From contig CM035351.1 of assembly GCA_020137815.1 (NCBI GenBank), positions 372,001-436,000 on the forward strand: a stretch of DNA of 64,000 nt. The letters run 5' to 3'. Below are positions 31,098-44,184 of this stretch, one piece after another. Source of the DNA: Hormiphora californensis (taxonomy: Eukaryota; Animalia; Ctenophora). The notes beneath the pieces are model-generated. The model was not told where the DNA came from. It worked only from the letters and a program-made list of their open reading frames with translations, and ran no database searches. Position 1 is the stretch's first letter. Each line of letters begins with the position of its first letter. A program made the position numbers and the translations under genes.

Positions 31098-34000
31098 CAG
31101 GGTGTGAACTGCATGTCGTGTTTGCTAGTCGCGAGCGCACTTGCGAGACAAGCAAACACGTCAAGGTTCATTAACAAGCATGCTGCTCAGTCATTTTAGA
31201 TTTAATACACAATGTAAGGATACCATGTAATAGGTGAGACTCTTGCCGTCACCCTTGTTCAAGTCCCGTGAAAAACGGAGCAGTACACGCAAACTGATGC
31301 CCATTTTCCTCGCGTGACCCCGATTCAGCAGTTTGAGACACCAACTCTTTAGGGGGCCATATCTCAGGAACCAGACAAGATAGGAAAAATCGCCGTCTAA
31401 CGAGGCGTACAGTTTTTAATCTAGTTTACCACTGTACCGGCCGTTTCACTCTCCGACCTAAAACAAAAATCGCAACCCCACAAAACTTCAAAATAATGAA
31501 ATTCGCATCTCGCATGTCGTGTTGCATGTCGTGTTGCATGTCGTGTCATGTTATTGACGCGCTCGCGTTCAACTCTCACACAGCAGCAGCAGAACATGGC
31601 GGGAAACATCGAGGAATAGAGAGAGGGTCGGTGCCGAATCAAATATTTCTTGATCTTGATCTACTCCATCTCTCAGCTATCCTACCCCTCATCAACTCGA
31701 TCTCTCAGCTACCCTACCCCTCATCTACTCCATCTTTCAGCTACCCTACCCCTCATCTACTCTATCTTTCAGCTACCCTACCCCTTATCTAGTCCATCTC
31801 TCAGCTACCCTACTCCATCTCTCAGCTTCCCTATTAGGGAAGCATAGAGATGGAAACGATTAGGGGTAGGGAATCCCTATCCATAATCGTTTCCATCTCT
31901 CAGCTTCCCAACCTCCCATTTACTCCATCTCTCAGCTTCCCTACCTCCCATTTACTCCATCTCTCAGCTACCCAACCTCCCATTCACTCCATCTCTCAGC
32001 TTCCCAACCTCCCATTTACTCCATCTCTCAGCTTCCCTACCTCCCATTTACTCCATCTTTCAGCTACCCAACCTCCCATTCACTCCATCTATCAGCTACC
32101 CTACCTCCCATTTACTCCATCTCTCAGCTACCCAACCTCCCATTCACTCCATCTATCAGCTTCCCAACCTCCCATTTACTCCATCTCTCAGCTTCCCTAC
32201 CTCCCATTTACTCCATCTCTCAGCTACCCAACCTCCCATTCACTCCATCTATCAGCTTCCCTACCTCCCATTTACTCCATCTCTCAGCTACCCAACCTCC
32301 CATTCACTCCATCTCTCAGCTTCCCAACCTCCCATTTACTCCATCTCTCAGCTTCCCTACCTCCCATTTACTCCATCTCTCAGCTACCCAACCTCCCATT
32401 CACTCCATCTATCAGCTACCCTACCTCCCATTTACTCCATCTCTCAGCTACCCAACCTCCCATTCACTCCATCTATCAGCTACCCTACCTCCCATTTATT
32501 CCATCTCTCAGCTTCCCTACCTCCCATTTACTCCATCTCTCAGCTTCCCTACCTCCCATTTACTCCATCTCTCAGCTTACCTACCTCCCATTTACTCCAT
32601 ATCTCAGCTTACCTACCTCCCATTTACTCCATATCTCAGCTTCCCTACCTCCCATTTACTCCATCTCTCAGCTTACCTACCTCCCATTTACTCCATTTCT
32701 AAGCTTCCCTGCCTGCCATTTACTCCATCTCTCAGTTTCCCTACCTCCCATTTACTCCATTTCTCAGCTTCCCTACCTCCCATTTACTCCATTTCTCAGC
32801 TACCCTACCTCCCATTTACTCCATCTCTCAGCTTCCCAACCTCCCATTTACTCCATCTCTCAGCTACCCTACCTCCCATTTACTCCATCTCTCAGCTTCC
32901 CTACCTCCCATTCACTCCATATCTCAGCTTCCCTACCTCCCATTTACTCCATCTCTCAGCTTACCTACCTCCCATTTAATCCATCTCTCAGCTTCCCTAC
33001 CTCCCATTTACTCCATCTCTCAGCTTCCCTACCTCCCATTTACTCCATCTCTCAGCTACCCAACCTCCCATTCACTCCATCTATCAGCTACCCTACCTCC
33101 CATTTACTCCATCTCTCAGCTTCCCTACCTCCCATTTACTCCATCCCTCAGCTTCCCTACCTCCCATTTACTCCATCCCTGCCTCCCATTTACTCCATCT
33201 CTCAGCTACCCTACCTCCTATTCACTCCATCTCTCAGCTTCCCTACCTCCCATTTACTCCATCCCTCAGCTTCCCTACCTCCCATTTACTCCATCCCTGC
33301 TTCCCATTTCCTCCATCTCTCAGCTTCCCTACCTCCCATTTACTCCATCTCTCATTTATCATAACATTCCTACCCCTAAGAGATGGAGTAAATGGGAGGT
33401 AGGTAAGCTGAGAGATGGAGTAAATGGGAGGTAGGGTAGCTGAGAGAAGGAGTAAATGGGAAGTAGGGTAGCTGAGAGATGGAGTAAATGGGAGGTAGGG
33501 AAGCTGAGAGATGGAGTAAGTGGAGGTAGGGTAGGTGAGAGATGGAGTAAATGGGAGGAAGGGAAGCTGATAGATGGAGTAAATGGAAGGTAAGGTAGCT
33601 GAGAGATGGAGTAAATGGGAGGTAGGGAAGCTGAGAGATGGAGTAAATGGGAGGTAGGGTAGCTGAGAGATGGAGTAAATGGGAGGTAGGGAAGCTGAGA
33701 GATGGAGTAAATGAGAGGTAGGGAAGCTGAGAAATGGAGTAAATGGGAGGTAGGGAAACTGAGAGATGGATCAAATGGGAGGTAGGGTAGCTAAGGTATG
33801 GAGTAAATGGCAGGTAGGGAAGCTGAGAAATGGAGTAAATGGGAGGTAGATAAGCTGAGAGATGGAGTAAATGGGAGGTAGGGAAGCTGAGATATGGAGT
33901 AAATGGGAGGTAGGTAAGCTGAGCGATGGAGTAAATGGGAGGCAGGGAAGCTGAGAGATGGAGTAAATGGGAGGTAGGGAAGCTGAGAGATGGAATAAAT

Positions 34001-35087
34001 GGGAGGTAGGGTAGCTGATAGATGGAGTGAATGGGAGGTTGGGTAGCTGAGGGATGGAGTAAATGGGAGGTAGGGTAGCTGATAGATGGAGTGAATGGGA
34101 GGTTGGGTAGCTGAGAGATGGAGTAAATGGGAGGTAGGGAAGCTGAGAGATGGAGTAAATGGGAGGTTGGGAAGCTGAGAGATGGAGTGAATGGGAGGTT
34201 GGGTAGCTGAGAGATGGAGTAAATGGGAGGTTGGGTAGCTGAGAGATGGAGTAAATGGGAGGTAGGGAAGCTGAGAGATGGAGTAAATGGGAGGTAGGGA
34301 AGCTGAGAGATGGAAACGATTATGGATAGGGATTCCCTACCCTTAATCGTTTCCATCTCTATGCTTCCCTAATAGGGTAGCTGAGAGATGGACTAGATAA
34401 GGGGTAGGGTAGCTTAAAGATAGAGTAGATGAGGGGTAGGGTAGCTGAAAGATGGAGTAGATGAGGGGTAGGGTAGCTGAGAGATCGAATTGATGAGGGG
34501 TAGGATAGCTGAGAGATGGAGTAGATCAAGATCAAGAAATATTTGATTCGGCACCGACCCTCTCTCTACTCCTCGATGTTTCCCGCCATGTTCTGCTGCT
34601 GCTGTGTGAGAGTTGAACGCGAGCGCGTCAATAACATGACACGACATGCAACACGACATGCAACACGACATGCGAGATGCGAATTTCATTATTTTGAAGT
34701 TTTGTGGGGTTGCGATTTTTGTTTTAGGTCGGAGAGTGAAACGGCCGGTACAGTGGTAAACTAGATTAAAAACTGTACGCCTCGTTAGACGGCGATTTTT
34801 CCTATCTTGTCTGGTTCCTGAGATATGGCCCCCTAAAGAGTTGGTGTCTCAAACTGCTGAATCGGGGTTACGCGAGGAAAATGGGCATCAGTTTGCGTGT
34901 ACTGCTCCGTTTTTCACGGGACTTGAACGAGGGTGACGGCAAGAGTCTCACCTATTACATGGTATCCTTACATTGTGTATTAAATCTAAAATGACTGAGC
35001 AGCATGCTTGGTAATGAACCTTGACGTGTTTGCTTGTCTCGCAAGTGCGCTCGCGACTAGCAAACACGACATGCAGTTCACACCCTG
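31098..35087. mobile_element. 4-kb foldback non-autonomous element with CAGGG termini, about 750-bp unique arms and inverted 32-bp minisatellite arrays
   Basis: CAGGGTGTGAACTGCATGTCGTG...CACGACATGCAGTTCACACCCTG; arms are reverse complements; repeat unit CCATCTCTCAGCTTCCCTACCTCCCATTTACT; centre at about 33353-33378; flanked by TATAC on both sides. Confidence 0.85.
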
Positions 35088-35447
35088 TATACAAGGTACA
35101 GATTCAATCTGTCAGAAGTCTGTTGTTTTATTTTGTGGTTTTATTGTGTTGAGGTGATCTTATTTCTATGAGTTGAGTAACAGACTACTCAGTATATTAT
35201 TTAGCCTAGCTGCCCTCTTTCTGTCCGACTAATCAAAATATGACTATGAGCACTGAAGACAAAAAAAAAGAGGGCTGCTCATTGAGCAGCCCTCTTTTTT
35301 CTCTTCGTAGTTTGACTCCGTCTCGGCTGACCCGCCTTTAGTTAAAGTCATCACGGGGTCAATCATTTATATTCAATGCATCGCTGTTAGCACTGTTTAG
35401 CCTGTCACTAATGGTACACGTACATTTATATCTCTCAATTTTATCGT

Positions 35448-36090
35448 AAATTTTCTATGTCAATTTTTGCGTACGAATCGTGTTTCGAATCGGCAATGCT
35501 ATACGGGAATGGTATTGCTAATTAGCAGGATTAAACGAACCATGACTCGTGTCTCTCTAAATTTCCTAATTAGATTTGATGGGGGATCACGTATCAGCAC
35601 AATCCATCTCGGACCCACTAAATACCAACATTACTCCCGTTTAGCATTGTCGATTAGAAACACGATTCGTATACCATAATTTACTTAAAATATTTTTCAC
35701 AAAAAAAATTTCACAAAATTTCAGGTAATGATTCTCAATACCTTGATCGATGCTCTCCATGAGTTTTTAGAGAAACATTTAATTTTGTGAAAAAAACTTT
35801 GTAAAATATTTCAAAGTCAATTTCGGGAAAAGAAAAAAAATTATATGTCAATTTTGCCGTACGAATCGTGTTGCGAATCGGTGATGCTATGCGGCAGTGC
35901 TCTCGCTAATTAGCAGGATTTATTGAAACATGAATCGTTTCCCCTAAACTTCCTAATTAGATTTGATGTGGGATCACGTATCAGCATTCAGTATAATCCA
36001 TCTCGGACCCACTAATTAAGCAACATCACTCCCGCTTAGCAATACCGATTCGAAACACGATTCGTACGCAAAAATTGACATAGAAAATTT
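35448..36090. mobile_element. Pair of related MITE-like inverted-repeat elements
   Basis: TGTCAATTTTTGCGTACGAATCGTGTTTCGAATCGG...CCGATTCGAAACACGATTCGTACGCAAAAATTGACA; duplicated at about 39252-40325. Confidence 0.7.
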
Positions 36091-36495
36091 TCCATAAAAT
36101 TGACTTTGAAATATTTTCCAAACTTTTTTTACAAAATTTCAGAGAATGATTCTTAACACCTTGATCGGTGCAGCCTACTGCGGTGCAGCCTACTGCAGTA
36201 CTACTTTCAGACTGCACATAGTGAGATAGGGAGAAGCAAGGTGTTTTCCCACTATGGTGTTGTTAGATATTGTGCAATGTGTGATCTAACATGTGTTGAA
36301 GTAAAGCTATGTGGTCTCTCTATCTTTTTTCCATCTACTAGCGCACCCACCGGGTGCGCCTCAAGTAAGGACTGTTTACTCTGGGGTGCTCTTTATTCAC
36401 ATACGCCAAAATCATGGTTGTCATGGCAACTGCAACGGTAACTATGGGGACTGAATTGTTAAATTCATCCGAAAGTATTACTATTCACGAACTCC

Positions 36496-36855
36496 CAAGG
36501 AATTAAACTTGATGACGCTGCTAAAGGTATGTAGCCACCAACCCCCAACCCCCGCAATTACTAGATGAGGTGCTTGTCCCCCCCCCCCCCCCCGTATGTA
36601 GCCACCCCCCCCCCCCCGTATGTAGCCACCCCCCCCCCCCCGGTATGTGTGGTGTGATCTGCTAGATGGGGTGCTTGTTTTGTAAGATAACACCTGAGAA
36701 AGAGTCTGATATCTCCCCCCCCCCCCCATTTCAGCTGCTGATATAGTGCGAGCCATTGAGACGTGTACTGGAATGGAGGTGTTGAACCTGGCAGGTAATA
36801 CCCTTGGTGTGGAGGCTGCTCAGGAGATTGCTAACGCCCTACAGAGTAGACCTAC
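36496..36855 (+). pseudogene. RanGAP1 5' fragment (end of exon 1, intron 1, exon 2) lacking the start codon
   Basis: Near-identical to 41318-41626; ends at the segmental duplication junction. Confidence 0.88.
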
Positions 36856-37060
36856 TTGTGGAGGGGTTCACCCACGGCTCCTGCCTCCTGGCTGCTATAT
36901 CAGGCTCCGGAAGCATGGGACACACTGTGCGGGAGGGCGGAGGCTCAGCTCCTTCCCTGTAAAAAACGTTTTTTTGTCTGTCAAAATTTAATGGCAAGCT
37001 TCCGTTATCGCCTCCATTCGGTGATCCAACAACCAACGTTAATTTCCAATTTTAGCTATA

Positions 37061-38887
37061 CCAGGGTGTGAACTGCATGTCGTGTTTGCTAGTCGCGAGC
37101 GCACTTGCGAGACAAGCAAACACTGAGAGATGGAGTAAATGGGAGGTAGGGAAGCTGAGAGATGGAGTAAATGGGAGGTAGGTAAGCTGAGAGATGGAGT
37201 AAATGGGAGGTAGGGTAGCTGAGAGATGGAGTAAATGGGAAGTAGGGTAGCTGAGAGATGGAGTAAATGGGAGGTAGGGAAGCTGAGAGATGGAGTAAAT
37301 GGGAGGTAGGGTAGGTGAGAGATGGAGTAAATGGGAGGAAGGGAAGCTGAGAGATGGAGTAAATGGAAGGTAAGGTAGCTGAGAGATGGAGTAAATGGGA
37401 GGTAGGGAAGCTGACAGATGGAGTAAATGGGAGGTAGGGTAGCTGAGAGATGGAGTAAATGGGAGGTAGGGAAGCTGAGAGATGGAGTAAATGAGAGGTA
37501 GGGAAGCTGAGAAATGGAGTAAATGGGAGGTAGGGAAACTGAGAGATGGATCAAATGGGAGGTAGGGTAGCTAAGGGATGGAGTAAATGGCAGGTAGGGA
37601 AGCTGAGAAATGGAGTAAATGGGAGGTAGGTAAGCTGAGAGATGGAGTAAATGGGAGGTAGGGAAGCTGAGATATGGAGTAAATGGGAGGTAGGTAAGCT
37701 GAGAGATGGAGTAAATGGGAGGCAGGGAAGCTGAGAGATGGAGTAAATGGGAGGTAGGGAAGCTGAGAGATGGAATAAATGGGAGGTAGGGTAGCTGATA
37801 GATGGAGTGAATGGGAGGTTGGGTAGCTGAGGGATGGAGTAAATGGGAGGTAGGGTAGCTGATAGATGGAGTGAATGGGAGGTTGGGTAGCTGAGATATG
37901 GAGTAAATGGGAGGTAGGGAAGCTGAGAGATGGAGTAAATGGGAGGTTGGGAAGCTGAGAGATGGAGTGAATGGGAGGTTGGGTAGCTGAGAGATGGAGT
38001 AAATGGGAGGTTGGGTAGCTGAGAGATGAAGTAAATGGGAGGTAGGGAAGCTGAGAGATGGAGTAAATGGGAGGTAGGGAAGCTGAGAGATGGAAACGAT
38101 TATGGATAGGGATTCCCTACCCTTAATCGTTTCCATCTCTATGCTTCCCTAATAGGGAAGCTGAGAGATGGAGTAGGGTAGCTGAGAGATGGACTAGATA
38201 AGGGGTAGGGTAGCTTAAAGATAGAGTAGATGAGGGGTAGGGTAGCTGAAAGATGGAGTAGATGAGGGGTAGGGTAGCTGAGAGATCGAATTGATGAGGG
38301 GTAGGATAGCTGAGAGATGGAGTAGATCAAGATCAAGAAATATTTGATTCGGCACCGACCCTCTCTCTACTCCTCGATGTTTCCCGCCATGTTCTGCTGC
38401 TGCTGTGTGAGAGTTGAACGCGAGCGCGTCAATAACATGACACGACATACAACACGACATGCAACACGACATGCGAGATGCGAATTTCATTATTTTGAAG
38501 TTTTGTGGGGTTGCGATTTTTGTTTTAGGTCGGAGAGTGAAACGGCCGGTACAGTGGTAAACTAGATTAAAAACTGTACGCCTCGTTAGACGGCGATTTT
38601 TCCTATCTTTTCTGGTTCCTGAGATATGGCCCCCTAAAGAGTTGGTGTCTCAAACTGCTGAATCGGGGTTACGCGAGGAAAATGGGCATAAGTTTGCGTG
38701 TACTGCTCCGTTTTTCACGGGACTTGAACGAGGGTGACGGCAAGAGTCTCACCTATTACATGGTATCCTTACATTGTGTATTAAATCTAAAATGACTGAG
38801 CAGCATGCTTGTTAATGAACCTTGACGTGTTTGCTTGTCTCGCAAGTGCGCTCGCGACTAGCAAACACGACATGCAGTTCACACCCT
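37061..38887. mobile_element. Second copy of the CAGGG element, with the left arm reduced to a TIR of about 62 bp
   Basis: Same termini, same 32-bp array and same right arm as 33378-35087. Confidence 0.85.
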
Positions 38888-39501
38888 GTATTATACAAGG
38901 TACAGATTCAATCTGTCAGAAGTCTGTTGTTTTATTTTGTGGTTTTATTGTGTTGAGGTGATCTTATTTCTATGAGTTGAGTAACAGACTACTCAAAATA
39001 TTATTTAGCCTAGCTGCCCTCTTTCTGTCCGACTAATCAAAATATGACTATGAGCACTGAAGACAAAAAAAAAGAGGGCTGCTCATTGAGCAGCCCTCTT
39101 TTTTCTCTTCGTAGTTTGACTCCGTCTCGGCTGACCCGCCTTTAGTTAAAGTCATCACGGGGTCAATCATTTATATTCAATGCATCGCTGTTAGCACTGT
39201 TTAGCCTGTCACTAATGGTACACGTACATTTATATCTCTCAATTTTATCGTAAATTTTCTATGTCAATTTTTGCGTACGAATCGTGTTTCGAATCGGCAA
39301 TGCTATACGGGAATGGTATTGCTAATTAGCAGGATTAAACGAACCATGACTCGTGTCTCTCTAAATTTCCTAATTAGATTTGATGGGGGATCACGTATCA
39401 GCACAATCCATCTCGGACCCACTAATTACCAACATTACTCCCGTTTAGCATTGTCGATTAGAAACACGATTCGTATACCATAATTTACTTAAAATATTTT
39501 T

Positions 39502-39935
39502 TCCCTGCCCGGGTGAATGCCGAAGGCATTCACCCGGATGCCTTTTTACTTTGTAAAAAGGCATAGCAGGGTTAGAATTCGAAAACGACATTTTGGTATA
39601 CTAACTAATCGGTAGAGGGACCATTTTGGTCACACTTTCGTTGCGAGGGCAACGGCGTAGCAACTAGAGCCGCGCACACAGTTACGAGCTGCTCCTTCAT
39701 AAACCACTTCATTGGCACGTTTTCAGGAAATGTGTGGCGCGCAATGTGGCGGCGTGGCGCGCATTTTAGTGCTACTAAAACACAAGGATTTGCTCTATAC
39801 TGTTTGTGTGATATATAAATGATCGGGATTTTGTGTCCCGCTTGCTGCTACAGCGGATCTGGTCATGATTTCCTTTCTTCATACATGGCAGGGAAATTCA
39901 GCATTATGTTAGAACATAATGCAGTTAATCTTGTT
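39502..39935 (+). mobile_element. Non-autonomous Helentron-like (HINE/DINE-1-type) insertion
   Basis: Absent from the paralogous site at about 35697; inserted in a T-run without a TSD; subterminal IR CCCTGC/GCAGGG, hairpin CCGGGTGAATGCCGAAGGCATTCACCCGG and 3' hairpin GCATTATGTTAGAACATAATGC. Confidence 0.72.
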
Positions 39936-40383
39936 CACAAAAAAAATTTCACAAAATTTCAGGTAATGATTCTCAATACCTTGATCGATGCTCTCCATGA
40001 ATTTTTAGAGAAACATTTAATTTTGTGAAAAAACTTTGTAAAATATTTCAAAGTCAATTTCGGGAAAAGAAAAAAAATTATATGTCAATTTTGCCGTACG
40101 AATCGTGTTGCGAATCGGTGATGCTATGCGGCAGTGCTCTCGCTAATTAGCAGGATTTATTGAAACATGAATCGTTTCCCCTAAACTTCCTAATTAGATT
40201 TGATGGGGGATCACGTATCAGCATTCAGTATAATCCATCTCGGACCCACTAATTAAGCAACATCACTCCCGCTTAGCAATACCGATTCGAAACACGATTC
40301 GTACGCAAAAATTGACATAGAAAATTTTCCATAAAATTGACTTTGAAATATTTTCCAAACTTTTTTTACAAAATTTCAGAGAA

Positions 40384-40702
40384 CTAGCGCACCCATTGGG
40401 TACGCCTCAAGTAAGGGCTTTCTAATAACCCACCCGGCTTCGCCGGTTGGTTTTTTTTCCGCCCCTTTCAACGTCAATAACACGGTTGCCATGGCAACTG
40501 AATTGGTAACTATGGGGAGTGAGGACTGGCATGTCAAAAGTCATTCGAAAATATTAACAAACTTCCACTGGAACTTCAGAAAGTGTGAATAACAGCTTTA
40601 CAGCTTTGATCACATAAAGTATTTTATGAAGGAGCAGTCTGTCGCTTAGATACCGCCTAACGAACGGCCATCACGATGTTCATCTCCAAATTATAATAGA
40701 GA
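40384..40702 (-). mobile_element. Non-autonomous Helitron
   Basis: Minus strand begins TC and ends CTAG with a subterminal hairpin; inserted between A and T; empty site CAGAGAATGATTC at about 36140. Confidence 0.85.
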
Positions 40703-40893
40703 TGATTCTTAACACCTTGATCGGTGCAGCCTACTGCGGTGCAGCCTACTGCAGTACTACTTTCAGACTGCGCATAGTGAGATAGGGAGAAGCAAGGTGT
40801 TTTCCCACTATGGTGTTGTTAGATATTGTGCAATGTGTGATCTAACATGTGTTGAAGTAAAGCTATGTGGTCTCTCTATCTTTTTTCCATCTA

Positions 40894-41178
40894 CTAGCGC
40901 ACCCACCGGGTGCGCCTCAAGTAAGGACTGTTTACTCTGGGGTGCTCTTTATTCACATACGCCAAAATCATGGTTGTCATGGCAACTGCAACGGTAACTA
41001 TGGGGACTGAATTGTTAAAATTCATCCGAAAGTATTACTATTCACGAACTCCCAAAAGTGTGAATGATAGCTTTACAGCTTTCGTCATATAAAGTGTTTT
41101 ATGAAGGAGCAGTCTGTCGCTTAGATACCGCTGAACGAACGGCCACTTCGACGCGACATCTCCAAATTATAATAGAGA
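40894..41178 (-). mobile_element. Non-autonomous Helitron of the same family, about 70 bp upstream of the RanGAP1 ATG
   Basis: TCTCTATTAT...GCGCACCCGGTGGGTGCGCTAG; a truncated copy lies at about 36338-36497. Confidence 0.8.
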
Positions 41179-41246
41179 TTTAAAAGATTGAAAATCTTGG
41201 TTCTCTAAAAAATCTTTGAAACTTTGATATATATAATTTCCAAGCA

Positions 41247-44150
41247 ATGGCACAAACGTTAGCAGACACCCTGGCCCAGTGTAATGTGGAAGACTCCGCC
41301 ATTGTGTCATTCGAGGGTCAAGGAATTAAACTTGATGATGCTGCTAAAGGTATGTAGCCACCAACCCCCACCCCCCGCAATTACTAGATGAGGTGCTTGT
41401 CCCCCCCCCCCCCCCGGTATGTGTGGTGTGATCTGCTAGATGGGGTGCTTGTTTTGTAAGATAACACCTGAGAAAGAGTCTGATATCTCCCCCCCCCCCA
41501 TTTCAGCTGCTGATATAGTGCGAGCCATTGAGACGTGTACTGGGATGGAGGTGTTGAACCTGGCAGGTAATACACTTGGTGTGGAGGCCGCACAGGAGAT
41601 TGCTAATGCCCTACAGAGTAGACCTACACTGAAGGTATGTAGAGATATATCCATTATCCCTGGCCCCACCAGTTAAACTACCCCTGTCTCACAGGACCCA
41701 TAATACTAACAGTGTTACTCCCATCTATTCAGTATGCCCTCTGGAAGGACATGTATACGGGACGTCTCCGGTCTGAAATACCTCCATCCCTGAGGGCCCT
41801 ATCTGGAGCAATGATCACCGCAGGAACACAACTTGTAGAACTAGATCTATCAGATAATGCATTTGGTCCGGATGGTGCGGAGGCGATCAGGGGTCTTCTG
41901 ACCAGCCCTGTAGCGTACACTATCAAAACACTAAAGTTTCAGAATAATGGATTAGGAGGGGGTGGAGTGGTGAGTAACATCAATTATTATTAGCATCAAT
42001 TATGATTAGGGTCAATACTCAATTTGGTGTTATTAAAAATCCCCCCGGTCCCCTGGGCCCTGGTATTATTTCTAGACAATTGAACCCCCTGTCATCATTA
42101 GATAATCGCTGATTGCTTGATGACCAACCACGAGAGAGCTAAGAAGGCCGGTAAATCCCTTGATTTGAGGACCTTCATCGCGGGACGAAATAGACTGGAA
42201 AACCCCGGAGCTACCGCCCTTGCTAAAGCGTTCTCGGTAGGTTCAAACGTTCACTTTGACAGTTTTGACATGAATACCTCCGCGTCTATATGATGGATAC
42301 ATTCCATTAACCACACTCGACCTAAAACCCCTCTTGGACCAAGATTCTTGATACACTAGATAGATCCTATAACACCCCTCTCTTGATACACTAGATACAT
42401 TAACAAGATAGACAACGATATAATGGTACTAAATCAAATAAATTGACAGAAGCTTTCGAGATCACTGTGTATCACGTCTTCAGCTACACTAGATACACTC
42501 TCGCCAAGTCCTAACACCCCTCCCTCTCTCGACTAGATGATTGGTACACTAGATAATAGATATGTTTCCACCTAACACCCCCTCTCTCTCTCCACTAGAT
42601 GATTGGTACACTGGAACAGATAGAGGTGATTCAGAATGGTATTCAATATGAGGGGATAGCTGCTATTGCTGACTGTATCAAACACAGCCCTAACCTGAGG
42701 ATTCTAAATCTCAACGATAATATCATGACACCCAAAGGGGCCATTGCCATTGCTAAGGTACACGGGTGGTTGTAGACGGGTCTTCTTCCAATGTTCGGCT
42801 GTCTGATTTTCTATCTACTGCGCTTCAGTTGGCCTTTCTGTTACATAGTTGTTTCGAATCTAATCCTAGTTCCAACACCTGATTTCCCTCAGGCGTTACC
42901 CAGTGCCCAGAAACTGGAGGTTCTGAATATTGGAGATTGTCTGGTTAAGAGTGAGGGTGCTCTGGCTGTTGCTGAAAACATATCCGGTCTCACATCCCTC
43001 AAGGTATGCTACTTAATTCTGTAATAAATTAGCAGAGAAAGTGATTGTCTGTGATGTTTGATGGATAGAGACTCCAGAGGGAGTCTCTACTCCTTTGAAT
43101 TTCAAGACCCAGCTCGGATGTAGATGTAACGCGCGGTGATCTGTTTGTGTTGAAAGTTAGCATTTACAACAATTTCGCGCCATCATCTGTCCGCTCTACA
43201 CACTCGCGGAGTGAACCCAACTTTTGAAATTAGCCGGTATGTCATCACCCGAAGTCCCATTGCTGACAGCCATAACTTTCAGGAGTTGGTTCTGAGTTAT
43301 AATGAGATTAGAACTGATGGCGGGGTTGCTATTGGTAAAGCGTGTTCCTCTCTCTCCGCTCTGACGGTGTTGGATCTAGATGGAAACCAGTTTGGAGATG
43401 ATGGGAAGAAACAGGTAACTTCATTGTGTCTTATCGAGATCTCTGGTCAAGTTATTTTATTAATTACTTCCTTCCCTTGCTCGACTGTCTTTCACTTTGG
43501 CTTGAACAAAACAATTACCCCCCCCCCCCCAAAATAATCCCCAATATTTCCGACAACTAACTCCATCCAGGTGAGTGACTCCCTCGGTTACTCCCCCCCA
43601 CAAGTAGTAACTCCAACTCCTTTTACCCCCAGGTGAGCGACTCCCTTGGTTCTGCTATTGGTATTCTCCAGCCTGGTCTCAGTGAGGATGTTGGAATCCC
43701 TTCAGACGATGAGGAAGAAGAGGAGGCAGAGAAGAAGGATGAAACCCCTGCAGCAGCACCTGTACTTGGGGGATCTCCCTTTGTGTTTGGACAGAGCACC
43801 GCTCCCCCAAAACTGGTCGGGGGAGATGAAAAAGGAGGGTTTGGGTTCGGGGCTCCTTCTACCGGAGGATTCAGTTTTGGGTCTGTGACAGGTTGGTTTC
43901 AATTTTAAAATATATCAACTACCGCCACCTTCTATCGATATCGTGTATTTGAATTCATTTAACTTTATGGCTTGTTACTTGTCAGGGACGAACATATTCG
44001 CTGATAAGGGGAACAGTGAGTTCAAATTCAAGGGGGCTGGAGCTTCACTATTTTCAAAGCCAGCAGAAGCAGGTCAGTGAAATTAAAAACCAAATCACCA
44101 ATTGGAGTATGAATATTGAACAATTAGTTTTACGAGAGTGAAGTAAGCTG

Positions 44151-44184
<34 letters not shown>

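Noticed and set aside
35261-35300. Hairpin flanked by A and T runs resembling a bacterial intrinsic terminator (also at about 39065-39105 and 40427-40458)
   Set aside because: Lies in eukaryotic repeat DNA; hairpins of this type occur in rolling-circle and other non-autonomous elements, and no bacterial genes are nearby.
31850-38136. Long ORFs of 504, 326 and 365 aa (SISQLPYLPFTPSLSFPTSHLLHLSA repeats)
   Set aside because: Translation of a stop-poor 32-bp minisatellite inside a foldback element; no domain or transposase motif.
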